From a virus, in the IMG/VR virus record IMGVR_UViG_3300035181_001974: a DNA stretch of 64,000 nucleotides; one strand, written 5' to 3'. The notes below the pieces were generated by a model. That model searched no databases and had not been told where the DNA came from. It saw only the letters and a program-made list of their open reading frames with translations. The translations under genes were made by a program, and so were the position numbers. Position 1 is the first letter of the stretch. Every line of letters begins with the position of its first letter. Below are positions 18,310 through 29,165 of the stretch, piece after piece.

Positions 18310-19620
18310 ATGCCGCTACAGAGCCCGGTACAGACAGACATCAACGGCAACCCAATCGGCACCTCGACGAACCCCGTCTCGGCGCAGGTCACGGGTTCGT
18401 TCAAGTCTACGCTGGCCGACTCATTCGGCAGCAACATCCGCGCCACTGTTGCAGATGAGCTCCGCGTTGCAGGCCTATACCTGCTTGCGGACCTCACCAA
18501 CAAGTATGAGCTCGACACTCGCCTCTGGGACGTGCTGACGGCGTCTGCGGGTTCTGTGACTCACGTTCCCGCAGAGTCAGCACTTCGTGTAGCTGTCGTC
18601 GGCACCTCTGGTTCATCTGCAACGTTGAGGACCAACACGTACTACAAGTACCAGGCAGGTTACACTCAGCTGATCGGAATGTCAGTTATCAATTCTGACA
18701 CCGGCCAGGCAGGCCAGCTCAGGGACTGGGGCTACGTAGATGACAACAACGGATTGTTCTTTCGTCTCAATGGTACGTCCTTCAACATCGTCGAGAGGTC
18801 TGACGCGACGGGTGTAGTCGTCGAGACCGTCATCTCGCAGAGTGCCTTCAGCAAGGACCCGGTCAATGGCTTTGGCGCCAGTGGTCTTAACCTCAATGTC
18901 TCGAAGGGCAACCTATACGAGATCGAGGTGCAGTGGTTCGGCGTCGGCACCACACGTTATTTCATTGATGACATCTTGGTCCACGAGTCGAAGCACGCCA
19001 ACACCCTGACGCTGCCATACATGCGTACGGCTAAGTTGCCAGTGCAGGCCAAGGTGACGAATCTTGTGTCGTCGTCTGCTGGTTATCTCGATCTGATCTG
19101 CGCTCGTGTGGCGGCACAGGCTCAGACTGTTGAACCTGCACACTGGGTCTATGGCGTGGGCAACACAAATTCGGTGTTGATCACTCAGGTTGAAGCCCCT
19201 GTCCTCTCGATCAGGCCCAAGTCAACGTACAACGGCATCACCAATCGCAGCATCATTCAACCCAAGTCGTTGTCAATCAGCACACAAGGTTATCCGATTG
19301 CCTTCCGCATCATCGCTAATCCCGTGTTGACGGGCGCTTCATTCAACTCTTCGGGCAATACCAGTTTGGTGGATTACGATGTTGCTGCCACTGGATTCAC
19401 CGGTGGCGAGGTCTTGTACCGCGGCGTCGTCAATTCTGACCTTGGCGTGGTGACAATTGACATGCAGAAGTTCTTCCAAGTGTACGGTCGAATCATGCGC
19501 AACGCAGGTTTCTTGGGCATAGGAGTAAACGCCAACGACATCTTGACAGTTGTGGCCTCGAACTTGGGCGCGGGCAAGACGCAGGTCAAGGCTGACATGA
19601 CCTGGTTGGAGATCAGATGA
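18310..19620 (+). CDS. Putative tail fiber or structural protein (436 aa)
   Basis: Large ORF in the structural run; its N-terminus NGNPIGTSTNPV mirrors the previous gene's NGNPIGVPTNPL. Confidence 0.5.
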   Translation: MPLQSPVQTDINGNPIGTSTNPVSAQVTGSFKSTLADSFGSNIRATVADELRVAGLYLLADLTNKYELDTRLWDVLTASAGSVTHVPAESALRVAVVGTSGSSATLRTNTYYKYQAGYTQLIGMSVINSDTGQAGQLRDWGYVDDNNGLFFRLNGTSFNIVERSDATGVVVETVISQSAFSKDPVNGFGASGLNLNVSKGNLYEIEVQWFGVGTTRYFIDDILVHESKHANTLTLPYMRTAKLPVQAKVTNLVSSSAGYLDLICARVAAQAQTVEPAHWVYGVGNTNSVLITQVEAPVLSIRPKSTYNGITNRSIIQPKSLSISTQGYPIAFRIIANPVLTGASFNSSGNTSLVDYDVAATGFTGGEVLYRGVVNSDLGVVTIDMQKFFQVYGRIMRNAGFLGIGVNANDILTVVASNLGAGKTQVKADMTWLEIR

Positions 19621-21467
19621 GCACCGTGAAGGTTGAACAGGTACTGCTTAACAGTACGATCACCTCCAATGGATCGTACGTCTTCCGCGCCGGACCGGCG
19701 GGTGAGGTCGTCCTTGTCTACAACATCACCGGTGCTGTGACTGGTACTGCGCCCATCCTTCAATTCACGTTGTCTGAAATCGATCCGTCAAATGAGACAA
19801 CCGTCATTGATAAAGTGGTCGCGTCTGCCGAGATCACCGCGACGGGCACGTCGGGGGCTGTGACACTGTTGTTGTCGATCACTCCGACGGTGCTCGTCAG
19901 CTGGACAGTCGCGGGATCTTCGCCTTCGTTCGGTGGCGTTAACCTGGTTGTGTTCTCAAAGGACGCCGGCGTCTCTCAGGCCGATGCTGAAGGCGGTAGC
20001 TATCCAGACCCAAAGAATCTTGACATAAGAGTTCCAGCACCTCTTCTGGTTGACTCGGGTGGATCACTTCGGACACGTGGTCCGATACTAACGGATGAAG
20101 GATCCTTCCGCGACAACTTCATCAGCTCGTTGACGTTGCCACTTAGTGGCACTGTCACGTTCACGTCGGGTTCAACTTACGTCAATGGCATCGGATCACT
20201 GTTCGCGCGTCAACTTGACACGCAGCAGTACATTAAGAGGACTGTTGATCCTGATTCTGCTTGGACATTGGTCAGATCAATCAGCAACGATACTCAACTA
20301 GAACTGGTCTCGCCGTATCCGGGCACCACTGGCAATGGTGGCATTTACTCACAATGGATGTTGATGTCGTCTTCGGGCGGTAGCATTGCCAATGTCAACT
20401 CAAACATGACATTGTCCAACAGTTTGGGCAATGGCGCCATTGTCGCAGCTAATCGATTCGTCGACTACGGGCCGCTGGTCATCAATACTCGTGTAGCATG
20501 TACTTCTCGTGTGCCGAACCAGACACCGTGGTTTGGTCTTGTTGAGATCGTTGACGTGCCTTTGTCGGCATCCGGTCAACGCGCGGTCGTTATTTTTGAT
20601 CCGACGTTGGGAAACACGCAGGTTGTCTTTCGCACCGCTGCCGGTAACAACGTTACGCAGAGCACCACGGTCACCCTACCTGGTTCTGCGTTGACAACAG
20701 CAATAAACCAGTACCTGATCACCACGACAGGCGCTACAGTCACGTTGTCGATCAACGGTGTCACGGTTGCACAGCACACCAATGCGATCCCGGATAACTA
20801 CGTTCCGTTGAATGTCTCATTTCAGGTTGAGAACGCCGCGGTTGTGGGTGCCTCAGCGGTCTTGACGTCTAATGCGATGTGGGTGAATGACCTCAATCGA
20901 ATCGAGGTCGCCAATAGTTTTCCAGGCGAACCTCTATTCGTTAGGTTGACAGGCGTTGCATCTGGCAGCATGGTCCCTCAGCCCATTGCGGGCAGATATG
21001 TGCCGCAGTATGGCCCATCTGGTGTAGTGCTGCCCATCACTCTGTCGAGCTTGGGCTCGTCAGCAGCCCGCCAGAGCGCTGCAGTCGATAACACTGTCAG
21101 CCTCTATGAGGACGTGCTGCTATTCATCAAGTTCACCACCGCGACGACAGCAGTTTCTACCACAGGATACGTCAACGTCTACGGCTATGGCACTGTCGAT
21201 GGTGTCACTTATCCTGAAGGCCTGTCTGGTGTCGACGGCGCGGCGACCTTGTCAACACCTCCTAATCTAGTCTTGTTGGCGCAGCTCACTGCTAACGCTA
21301 ACCTGAAGACCTACACTGCGGGACCCATTTCATTCTGTCGCAACTACGGCGTCGATCGCTTGCCTGCTAAGTGGGGCATTGTCATCGTCAATCAGTCTGG
21401 CGCTGCCTTGAACGCCACGGGTAGCTACGGCGTCACCTACCAGGGCGTGAACGGCCAGCTGACCTGA
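19617..21467 (+). CDS. Putative tail fiber or spike protein (616 aa)
   Basis: Large T/S/G/V-rich ORF with overlapping ATGA junctions. Confidence 0.5.
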   Translation: MSTVKVEQVLLNSTITSNGSYVFRAGPAGEVVLVYNITGAVTGTAPILQFTLSEIDPSNETTVIDKVVASAEITATGTSGAVTLLLSITPTVLVSWTVAGSSPSFGGVNLVVFSKDAGVSQADAEGGSYPDPKNLDIRVPAPLLVDSGGSLRTRGPILTDEGSFRDNFISSLTLPLSGTVTFTSGSTYVNGIGSLFARQLDTQQYIKRTVDPDSAWTLVRSISNDTQLELVSPYPGTTGNGGIYSQWMLMSSSGGSIANVNSNMTLSNSLGNGAIVAANRFVDYGPLVINTRVACTSRVPNQTPWFGLVEIVDVPLSASGQRAVVIFDPTLGNTQVVFRTAAGNNVTQSTTVTLPGSALTTAINQYLITTTGATVTLSINGVTVAQHTNAIPDNYVPLNVSFQVENAAVVGASAVLTSNAMWVNDLNRIEVANSFPGEPLFVRLTGVASGSMVPQPIAGRYVPQYGPSGVVLPITLSSLGSSAARQSAAVDNTVSLYEDVLLFIKFTTATTAVSTTGYVNVYGYGTVDGVTYPEGLSGVDGAATLSTPPNLVLLAQLTANANLKTYTAGPISFCRNYGVDRLPAKWGIVIVNQSGAALNATGSYGVTYQGVNGQLT

Positions 21468-22129
21468 TGTCTGTATTCATTCCGAACACAGCTTCGTCAC
21501 GGCTCAACGCGGCGTGGACTGGCGCTGCAACACAGGATTTGACGATTGCTTGTTGGATCTGGATTCCGCCTGTGGTGACGGCCAACTATCGAGTCATCGT
21601 TGGCATTTCTCCCAATATTGAACTCGAGACGGCGACTGACGGTCTGACGATTGACTTCGGTACCACGTCTGCGGACCACAACGGTCCGCTGCTGGCAGTG
21701 TCAACGTGGTATCACATCGTCATGACGATCAGAAATGCGTCGACGACTAGCCGACAGATCAAAGGATACGTCAACGGCAAGCAGGTCGTTGATGTGGCAG
21801 ACACGACAACGTTCGTAGCATACACAGGCCTCGTCGTCGGCAACCTGCAGTCTCTTCCCACGACACATTACTTCAATGGAAACATCAGAGATCTGAGGAT
21901 CTGGACTCGTGAACTGAATGCCCTCAACGTCCAGGCGGAATACTTGTCACCGGCCCCAGTCAACACCGAAGGATTGATCGTGTGGTCGCCGTTTGATGAC
22001 GACATTTACACTGATCGATCAGGCAATGGTCGCGTCTGGACGCCAACTGGATCACCGGTCCTGCAATTTGGCAGCATAGTGGCGCGCCCGGCTTACGTAG
22101 CTCGTCGATTGCCGATGTTCAACAAATAG
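21467..22129 (+). CDS. LamG-like (concanavalin-type) domain protein, likely a receptor-binding or fiber accessory protein
   Basis: ...GYVNGKQV... and NGNIRDLRIWTRELNALNV match the LamG_3 signature (G.ID(E/D)(V/L)RI(Y/W).RALS..E(I/V)). Confidence 0.5.
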   Translation: MSVFIPNTASSRLNAAWTGAATQDLTIACWIWIPPVVTANYRVIVGISPNIELETATDGLTIDFGTTSADHNGPLLAVSTWYHIVMTIRNASTTSRQIKGYVNGKQVVDVADTTTFVAYTGLVVGNLQSLPTTHYFNGNIRDLRIWTRELNALNVQAEYLSPAPVNTEGLIVWSPFDDDIYTDRSGNGRVWTPTGSPVLQFGSIVARPAYVARRLPMFNK

Positions 22130-22140
22130 GTAAGATCACC

Positions 22141-23460
22141 ATGGCACAGATCACAGTCCTCAACGTCAACAGTCAGAACGATGGTTCATTCTCTGTCGCC
22201 GGCGTCTTTTGGTTGACAGCGCCCACGAGCAACATCGTCCCGCTGCCCAAGTTTGAGAGCGCAGTCCACGGGATCACGGGCGATGAGGATCTGCTTCTGC
22301 GCCGCGGGCTCGTCATCGAGAAGCCTTTCACCTCAGGTCTGTTCCCGGCCGGAACCTCGACGGAGGACGTCCAAAGCACGCTCCAATCGATGTTTTCCGA
22401 AGCACAGCTCGAGGTCGAAGCTGTACCTACGTCTCCATTCGTCGGCATGCAGTACGACGGGTCGAGTTGGATCACGTCTTCTGTCAGTCCCGCGTGGATC
22501 GCTGCCCAGGTGCCTCCCAAGACTGCCTCTGGATCACCTTTGATGACCATTGCGCAGATGCAGACCGACGGCACTCCCATGGTCGCCTTGGCGCCGACCG
22601 TCGGATCTGAACTTGTCGTTGTGTCACACAATCTGTGCGACCCCTGCACCTGGTTCGGCGATTCCGTTCGAGTCAATGACGAGACGTTGGTCGATTCCGG
22701 CGATGGATTGACGTTCAATTCGGCTCACCCGTTCTGGATTGACATGACATCCGGGCGGATGCACAACGAGGACAAGTGGATTGCTAAGCAACAGGCTGCA
22801 AATCCTGGCGATCCACACGGCTACGGTGTGGTCGTTAAGGTCAGTGGTTCGCTCAAGACAATGCGTGAACCTCTCGAGACGTCAGGAGGAGATTACGAGG
22901 TGTTGTATGCCTCGGGCAGCGTCAGGTTCTTTTCGCCTCCCGTAAGCCCACCAGTCGTCAGTTACTCCTATCAGAATGGATCAACGTTCTACGTTCAACC
23001 AGATCCTGGCAATTTGCTGCGAATCATCAAGGCCGAGGTCGACGTGTCTACCGACAGCGTCATGACTGACACCGTCGAGTACAACATCTATGCATTGGTT
23101 GATGTGGTGGCGCCTCAGTTGGTCGCTGGTGGATTCGTTCCTTCTGGCACGAAGATCATGATTGATCAGATAGTCTACAAGCGCATGGGTCAGATCGTTG
23201 CTGAAGCCCAAGGCGCTTATCCACCGGTCACTGCTTTGGGCGCCAATTCCGCAGACCTCACGTTGTCTCTTGAGGAATTTCGCCAGAAGTCGAGGGGCAC
23301 TCAGGCGCCAGTTCAAGGACTTCCATTCAATTATGAGACGACTCGCGATTTGCTCTCGTCAGCCGGCGCCGAGATCAGGATCAAACTACGTCATGATCGA
23401 CCATTCGTTGGTAGCACGGTCACCATTGCCCTTTACAGCGTCACTAAGTCTGATGCCTGA
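22141..23460 (+). CDS. Putative structural protein (439 aa)
   Basis: ORF in the structural run. Confidence 0.45.
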   Translation: MAQITVLNVNSQNDGSFSVAGVFWLTAPTSNIVPLPKFESAVHGITGDEDLLLRRGLVIEKPFTSGLFPAGTSTEDVQSTLQSMFSEAQLEVEAVPTSPFVGMQYDGSSWITSSVSPAWIAAQVPPKTASGSPLMTIAQMQTDGTPMVALAPTVGSELVVVSHNLCDPCTWFGDSVRVNDETLVDSGDGLTFNSAHPFWIDMTSGRMHNEDKWIAKQQAANPGDPHGYGVVVKVSGSLKTMREPLETSGGDYEVLYASGSVRFFSPPVSPPVVSYSYQNGSTFYVQPDPGNLLRIIKAEVDVSTDSVMTDTVEYNIYALVDVVAPQLVAGGFVPSGTKIMIDQIVYKRMGQIVAEAQGAYPPVTALGANSADLTLSLEEFRQKSRGTQAPVQGLPFNYETTRDLLSSAGAEIRIKLRHDRPFVGSTVTIALYSVTKSDA

Positions 23461-23472
23461 AGATACTTAGCC

Positions 23473-24360
23473 ATGAAGGAGTTGGGCACCATGCGAGCAC
23501 TTGTTCTGAGTGGTGGAGGCGTCAAGGGTGCCTTTCAGGTGGGCGTCCTGAAGAAGTGGATGGGCGAACAAGGCATCGATTATGACATCATCTGTGGTGT
23601 TTCAGTCGGCGCCTTGAACACTGCTGGCATCGGCATGACGCCCAAGGGTTCGCCGAAGGAGGCGGTTGCCTGGTTGGAAAACTTCTGGCGGACGCAGGTC
23701 AATCAGAAGAACATCTACAAGCGCTGGTTCCCGTTTGGACGCTTGCACTCACTGTGGGAGAAGTCAGTTTATGATTCGTCTCCTCTGATCAAGCTTGTCA
23801 GCGATAATCTACATCTCGAGAAGGTTGCCTCCAACGGTCGCATGCTGGCGGTCGGAGCTGTCTCGTTGGACACTGGAGAACACAGGTTTACCCGCGAGAG
23901 TGATCCCAATTTTACGAAGTGGGTTCTAGCCTCGGCATCTTTTCCAGTTTTCTTGCAGCCCATTGAGATCGAAGGCCAGTTGTGGTCAGACGGCGGCATC
24001 AAGAACGTGACTCCTTTGGGCGAGGCAATTAGGCTCGGAGCAACTGAGATTGACGTCATCATGTGTACCAACATCGAGGAGATGACTCGATGGGATTCAA
24101 CATCGAAGCGCGCGGTTCCTGACGCAGTGACTCGCGCCGTCGACCTCATGTCTGACCAGATCATTAAGAATGACATTGAGATGTGTGGCCTAAAGAACGA
24201 TCTCTCGGTCATCGATCCACAGTACCGCAAGGTGACGGTGAGGGTCGTGATGCCTGACGCGCCGTTGGTCCAAGATTCACTGACGTTTTCACCCGAAATT
24301 GTGTCAGGCTTGATCGACAAGGGCTATGCCTTTGCTGATCGAGCGGTGATGTACCATTGA
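23473..24360 (+). CDS. Patatin-like phospholipase
   Basis: LSGGGVKGAFQVG (GGGxK/RG oxyanion motif), GVSVGALN (GxSxG nucleophile) and WSDGGIKN (DGG catalytic Asp). Confidence 0.75.
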   Translation: MKELGTMRALVLSGGGVKGAFQVGVLKKWMGEQGIDYDIICGVSVGALNTAGIGMTPKGSPKEAVAWLENFWRTQVNQKNIYKRWFPFGRLHSLWEKSVYDSSPLIKLVSDNLHLEKVASNGRMLAVGAVSLDTGEHRFTRESDPNFTKWVLASASFPVFLQPIEIEGQLWSDGGIKNVTPLGEAIRLGATEIDVIMCTNIEEMTRWDSTSKRAVPDAVTRAVDLMSDQIIKNDIEMCGLKNDLSVIDPQYRKVTVRVVMPDAPLVQDSLTFSPEIVSGLIDKGYAFADRAVMYH

Positions 24361-24366
24361 GGTGAC

Positions 24367-24849
24367 ATGCCGCTGCAGCAGCTACGAAATGCTAACTTCG
24401 GACGATTGAAGGCCGACGCCACGGGTTCTTCGGGCGTGGGTTACACCCTGTTGGACATCTCTGGTTCTGCGGTCATGCCACGGACAACGACAGGCGTCTA
24501 CCAGACGGCGCCCGGGATTTACGCTGCCTACATCACCTTTCCCGACAACTTTCGTGGTCAACTTCTGTGGGATACCGGCACCGCGTTCTTGACAGCATCG
24601 TACGCCACTGAGCAGTACAACGTTGAAGAAAACAACCCGAAGGTGGACGACACCCTGCGAGCCGTGCTGCCGCTGGCCGCGCAGATTCAGCAGTTGTACG
24701 ACATTCAATACGGTCGCTGGCGTATCACCAACAATCAGATGATCTTCTACAAGGAAGATAACGCTACCGAGGTTGCGAGGTTTGACCTCTACGATGATAC
24801 TGGCAATCCGTCGATGGACGCAGTGTTCGATCGTGTTCGGGTGCCATGA
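24367..24849 (+). CDS. Hypothetical protein (160 aa)
   Basis: ORF. Confidence 0.4.
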   Translation: MPLQQLRNANFGRLKADATGSSGVGYTLLDISGSAVMPRTTTGVYQTAPGIYAAYITFPDNFRGQLLWDTGTAFLTASYATEQYNVEENNPKVDDTLRAVLPLAAQIQQLYDIQYGRWRITNNQMIFYKEDNATEVARFDLYDDTGNPSMDAVFDRVRVP

Positions 24850-25199
24850 GGCCGATCAACCGCATCGTCACGCGAGGAATGGGATCTTCGCGTGGCCTTG
24901 CGGGCCGCGCCGGTCTCGTTACTCAGGGCTACGGCGGTCCTCTGCATGAAGTCCTGCGACGCATTGTCAGAATTGGACAGTCGGGTGCGAAGCGAGCGCT
25001 CCGCGAGTTGGATGAGGTTATCGTCTGGGCAAAGATGATTAGGTTGAACGACGAGCCGCCGCCTGCCAAGGTCGAGGGCTTCGTCAGAGTGCGAGTCAAT
25101 CGCGCCTCGAGCTATGCTGTCTCTCTGATTGAACACGTTTCAACGCGAGTTCGAAAAGCCTGGGAAGACATTCGGATCTCTATCAAGCGCCTGAAGTGA
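24846..25199 (+). CDS. Hypothetical protein (117 aa)
   Basis: ORF with an ATGA overlap. Confidence 0.4.
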   Translation: MRPINRIVTRGMGSSRGLAGRAGLVTQGYGGPLHEVLRRIVRIGQSGAKRALRELDEVIVWAKMIRLNDEPPPAKVEGFVRVRVNRASSYAVSLIEHVSTRVRKAWEDIRISIKRLK

Positions 25200-25202
25200 C
25201 CC

Positions 25203-25931
25203 GTGGGGGATACTTACGAGACGATGGAACCCCTCGTTGAAACAGTCGATCTCGACATGGAGGAGAGCAATGAGCTTGCCTTCAAGATCAAGGTGGAGGG
25301 CGCAGCACCCGCTCCGGCCAAAGTCAGGCTCGTCTGCGAGGGCGGTGAGATGGCCTACATGTTCAATGGGCACGGCACGGGCGAGGACGGTGTCGTCCAG
25401 TTCGTGTTGCCGCAGATGAAGGACAAGTTGGCTGAAGGGCTCTACCAGGCGCGAGTCGAAGTGTTGATTGAGAATCGCTACTTCGCGCCCGTTCATTTTC
25501 AGATCAACTTCAAGAAGGCCATCAAGGTCGTTGCTGAGTCGATCAATGTCGTTTCGCGGCACGCTAAGCCCGAGATCAAGGTCTCGGCGGCGCCGATCGT
25601 CGTCAACAAGCCCAAGACGTCTCCTCAGCCGATCGTCGTAGAAGAGGCGTCTAAGTCTAAGTCTGCGGTAAAGGCACCACCTGTCGCACCGGTGATTGCA
25701 CCGCCCCCACGGAGGCCACCGCCTGATCCGAAGCCCAAGACGCCTGACGTCAATGAGAACATGCCGGTTGCCAGAGATGCTGCTAGCATGACGCTCCGCG
25801 AGCGATATGAGCAGAAACAGCGTGACGAGCAACCTGTCGTGGTCGCCAAGAAGCATCCTGTCAAGCAGCAGGACGAGGAGAGCCTGATCAGGGAACTAGC
25901 ACGTAGCTTCATCCGCGACAAGCGTCGTTGA
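25203..25931 (+). CDS. Hypothetical protein with a Pro-rich C-terminal half; start uncertain (GTG 25203 or ATG 25224)
   Basis: ORF; PPxxP-rich segment. Confidence 0.4.
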   Translation: MGDTYETMEPLVETVDLDMEESNELAFKIKVEGAAPAPAKVRLVCEGGEMAYMFNGHGTGEDGVVQFVLPQMKDKLAEGLYQARVEVLIENRYFAPVHFQINFKKAIKVVAESINVVSRHAKPEIKVSAAPIVVNKPKTSPQPIVVEEASKSKSAVKAPPVAPVIAPPPRRPPPDPKPKTPDVNENMPVARDAASMTLRERYEQKQRDEQPVVVAKKHPVKQQDEESLIRELARSFIRDKRR

Positions 25932-25973
25932 TTCCTCGGTTGAAGCCTTCCATACTTACGATCGGAAGGTCAC

Positions 25974-27158
25974 ATGCCGAGCTTTGTGCAAACCCTGCGC
26001 CCGACGCCGTTCGGGTTCTTCGATTCCGACCTGCAGTTTCAGCAGGAAGCCGACTCGATGGTCACCTTCGTCAAGCGTAAGCTGGGCGACGATGTCCTGT
26101 CTGTCGAGCTGACATCCAAAGAGATCTGGGCGTGTTTCGAGGAAGCGTGCTGTGAGTACGCTCGAAAGATTCACGAGATGAAGATCCAATCTGAACTGGC
26201 CAACGTTTTGGGCATGCCCACGGGATCCGCCAGCGATCTGACGAACAAGTACCCATTTCAGACGTTGGAGTTCCTGATGCGTCAGGCCTCGCCATACTCG
26301 ACGTACGCGGGCATGGGAGGCAACTATGACGCGACTCTGGGTTACTTCGACCTGCAGCCCGGCCGTCAGGACTACAACATCTACACAGAGCTGAAGGACG
26401 CAGTCTCGGGTTCAGTCATTTACCAGAACATGACGACCAAGAGCCCGATCCGCGTGATCGATGTCTTTCACTTCGAGCCATATGCTGCTCAGCAGTTCTT
26501 GATGAACGCTAGCAACATTACCAACTTCTTGGCCACTGAGTTCAACTACGAGAGCTACGTTAACTCGACGATCTTCTACGTGCTGCCAGTGTTCGAGGAC
26601 GTGTTGAGGAGGGGCATGTTGAATATGGCCTCCCGCGTTCGTCGATCAAATTACAGTTATGAGATCTTGGGCAGCAACGTCAGGATTTATCCCACGCCGA
26701 CGACGGACCTTGACACTGGCCGCATGTACCTGAAAGTTCAGGCTGGCATGCTCGATCCGTTGAACCCGTCTGCTCTTCAAGGTCAAGATCAGTCGATCTA
26801 TGGTGTTTCGGGTCCGCAGAACGTGCCTCTTGGTAACATTCCATTTAGCAGCATCACGCAGCCGGGTCGCCAGTGGATCAGGCAATACACTCTGGCCTTG
26901 GCCCGTGAGATCTTGGGCCTCAACAGGTCAAAGTTTCAGGGGATTCCGATCCCAAACGCAGACCTGCAGTTGAACGGCGAGTCGCTGATCACTCAGGCGC
27001 GGGAAGACCGCGACAAGCTTCAGACTCAGCTCAAGGAGTTCTTGGACAACCTGACGAACGCTAAGCTGATGGAACAGCAGGCTAACGTTGCAGAGAACAT
27101 GCAGAAGATGTTGAAGTACATCCCAATGCCGCTCGGCAAGAGCATCGTGATCGGGTGA
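25974..27158 (+). CDS. Putative structural protein (394 aa)
   Basis: ORF with CATACTTAC motif upstream. Confidence 0.45.
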   Translation: MPSFVQTLRPTPFGFFDSDLQFQQEADSMVTFVKRKLGDDVLSVELTSKEIWACFEEACCEYARKIHEMKIQSELANVLGMPTGSASDLTNKYPFQTLEFLMRQASPYSTYAGMGGNYDATLGYFDLQPGRQDYNIYTELKDAVSGSVIYQNMTTKSPIRVIDVFHFEPYAAQQFLMNASNITNFLATEFNYESYVNSTIFYVLPVFEDVLRRGMLNMASRVRRSNYSYEILGSNVRIYPTPTTDLDTGRMYLKVQAGMLDPLNPSALQGQDQSIYGVSGPQNVPLGNIPFSSITQPGRQWIRQYTLALAREILGLNRSKFQGIPIPNADLQLNGESLITQAREDRDKLQTQLKEFLDNLTNAKLMEQQANVAENMQKMLKYIPMPLGKSIVIG

Positions 27159-27161
27159 ACC

Positions 27162-27833
27162 ATGAGTAGGTTGTACATCACGCCTCGAGAGCTGAACTTC
27201 ATCTCCGACATCACCAAGGAGTTCATCAAGGATGTTGTCGGTCAGAAGATCTTCTACTACCCGGTCTCTGAGCTCAAGACTAAGACGCATGCGGTCTACA
27301 ATGAGGCCATCAAGAAGGTGGTCGACAATCCAATCGCCATCGATGCGTTGGTGGACAACAACTTTCAGACAGACACCAAGATCGATCAGTTTGGCGTCGA
27401 TCCGCAGTACAAGATCGAGGTCTACGTCCAGCACCGTGATCTGGTTGAAAAGGGGATCAACGTCTCCCTGGGTGATTACTTTTCATTCTCGGACATCTTC
27501 TATGAGATTTCAGACCGCGTCTTCATGCGTAACATCTATGGCCTGCCCGAACACAAGGACGGCGTCAAGTTGACGGGAACTAAGGCCCGTGAGAGCTTGT
27601 TTAAGGCGTTGACCTTGGGACCGACGGACATTTCGAGGCCTGAGCCTGATGCAGTGCAGACGACCTTCGTGCAACAGCGCGGGCAGTCTGAAAACAAAGA
27701 GGGACCGACGGCTGATCGACGTGCATTGCAGGACAACGGAGTCCTAGAAAAGCCGCTGTCAGGCCCCCGTGAGGTGTCACCCAAAGGCGATCCTGACAAG
27801 GTGGGTTCTGCATTCTATGGTGAGGATGACTGA
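27162..27833 (+). CDS. Putative structural protein (223 aa)
   Basis: ORF. Confidence 0.45.
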   Translation: MSRLYITPRELNFISDITKEFIKDVVGQKIFYYPVSELKTKTHAVYNEAIKKVVDNPIAIDALVDNNFQTDTKIDQFGVDPQYKIEVYVQHRDLVEKGINVSLGDYFSFSDIFYEISDRVFMRNIYGLPEHKDGVKLTGTKARESLFKALTLGPTDISRPEPDAVQTTFVQQRGQSENKEGPTADRRALQDNGVLEKPLSGPREVSPKGDPDKVGSAFYGEDD

Positions 27834-29128
27834 TGCCCAATCGCTTCAATGCTAAGCCCCGCGAGAACTACGGAATCGCACCTTTGCCCACGGGTTATCC
27901 GCAGGGCGGGCCCGTCTCTGACCTCGTCATCCCTGCGGTGGGGCTGGAGGACGTCGACGTGGCGTTCTTCAACTTGTTCGACAAGGAGATTCCACTCGTG
28001 GCTGGCGGTGAAGATGGGACGGATATGAGAAAAGTCCCCGTCATCTTTGCTGGCGGCGAAAAGTGGGCCATGTTGAAGCGCAATCGACCGATCCGCGATA
28101 AGACCAATTCGCTTGTCTTGCCTTTGATCACCGTGGGTCGTCCCTCGATCGGTCAGAGTAGCGCTGATGACATTACGGGTCGTGGCATCAACCAGCGCAC
28201 CGGTGAGATCACGATTCGTAGAAAACTCGATAAATCGGACCGTGGCTACCAAAACTTGATCAACAGGATTTTTCTGAAGCACCAGCAGGGGCTCGCAGTT
28301 GGACCCAACGATGCCGACCTAGGCCAGTTGACGACCCTAAGGGAGATAGGCGAGCTGGCAGACGATGCGACAGTGAATGATGGCGGGTTTTTGGCGGCTG
28401 ATCGAACGAACAATGTCTATGAAACGCTTGTCATTCCGAGCCCACAGTTTGTGACCCTCAACTACGAGGTCATCGTCTGGACCCAGTACACTCATCATAT
28501 GAACCAGATCATTGAGACGTTGCTATCGTCCTTCCTACCACAGACCCAGGGTTGGCGACTCGATACGCCCAAGGGTTACTGGTTCGTGGCGACAGTCGCG
28601 GATGACCTTTACAATGCTGAGACGAACTTCGAAGACATGTCGCAAGGCGAGCGTCTCATCAAGTACAAGTTCAACGTCAAGGTGCCGGCGTACATCCTCG
28701 CAAGTTCAGCACCTGGCGTGCCGATTCCTGTCAAGCGCTATATCTCGGCGCCTGACATCAAGTTCGAGACCGGCATTACAGTGTCTGAAGAGTCTGGCGT
28801 GGCTGGAGTTGATGATCCGTTCTTGGGTGCTGATGATCCGACACTGCCACTGGCAGACGGGGAAGTCAGGAACCGCGACCAACGCCGCGATGGACGTGGT
28901 CGGTTGTACAGACAATCATCTGAGATCGACCCGAACGATCCCGCCTTGTCAGGACTTCCGCGCTCGCGCCCGACGAATCGTTACAAGAAGGTCACGGTCA
29001 TTGATCAGAACGGCCGTCCCGCGACGCGGTACGTGAGAATTTTGTCTACGACACCGTCAGTCGGTGAGACTGTCTATTCGCCCTCGAGTGATCTCGGCGG
29101 CCTTGCGATCGTGGTCATTGACGACTGA
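27833..29128 (+). CDS. Putative structural protein (431 aa) immediately upstream of the sheath genes
   Basis: ORF. Confidence 0.45.
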   Translation: MPNRFNAKPRENYGIAPLPTGYPQGGPVSDLVIPAVGLEDVDVAFFNLFDKEIPLVAGGEDGTDMRKVPVIFAGGEKWAMLKRNRPIRDKTNSLVLPLITVGRPSIGQSSADDITGRGINQRTGEITIRRKLDKSDRGYQNLINRIFLKHQQGLAVGPNDADLGQLTTLREIGELADDATVNDGGFLAADRTNNVYETLVIPSPQFVTLNYEVIVWTQYTHHMNQIIETLLSSFLPQTQGWRLDTPKGYWFVATVADDLYNAETNFEDMSQGERLIKYKFNVKVPAYILASSAPGVPIPVKRYISAPDIKFETGITVSEESGVAGVDDPFLGADDPTLPLADGEVRNRDQRRDGRGRLYRQSSEIDPNDPALSGLPRSRPTNRYKKVTVIDQNGRPATRYVRILSTTPSVGETVYSPSSDLGGLAIVVIDD

Positions 29129-29156
29129 CCGATGTTGGTTTTCGACACGAGCGCTT

Positions 29157-29165
29157 GATACTTAT
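29157..29165 (+). promoter_or_regulatory. GATACTTAT motif upstream of sheath gene 1
   Basis: Recurrent motif; see findings. Confidence 0.25.
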
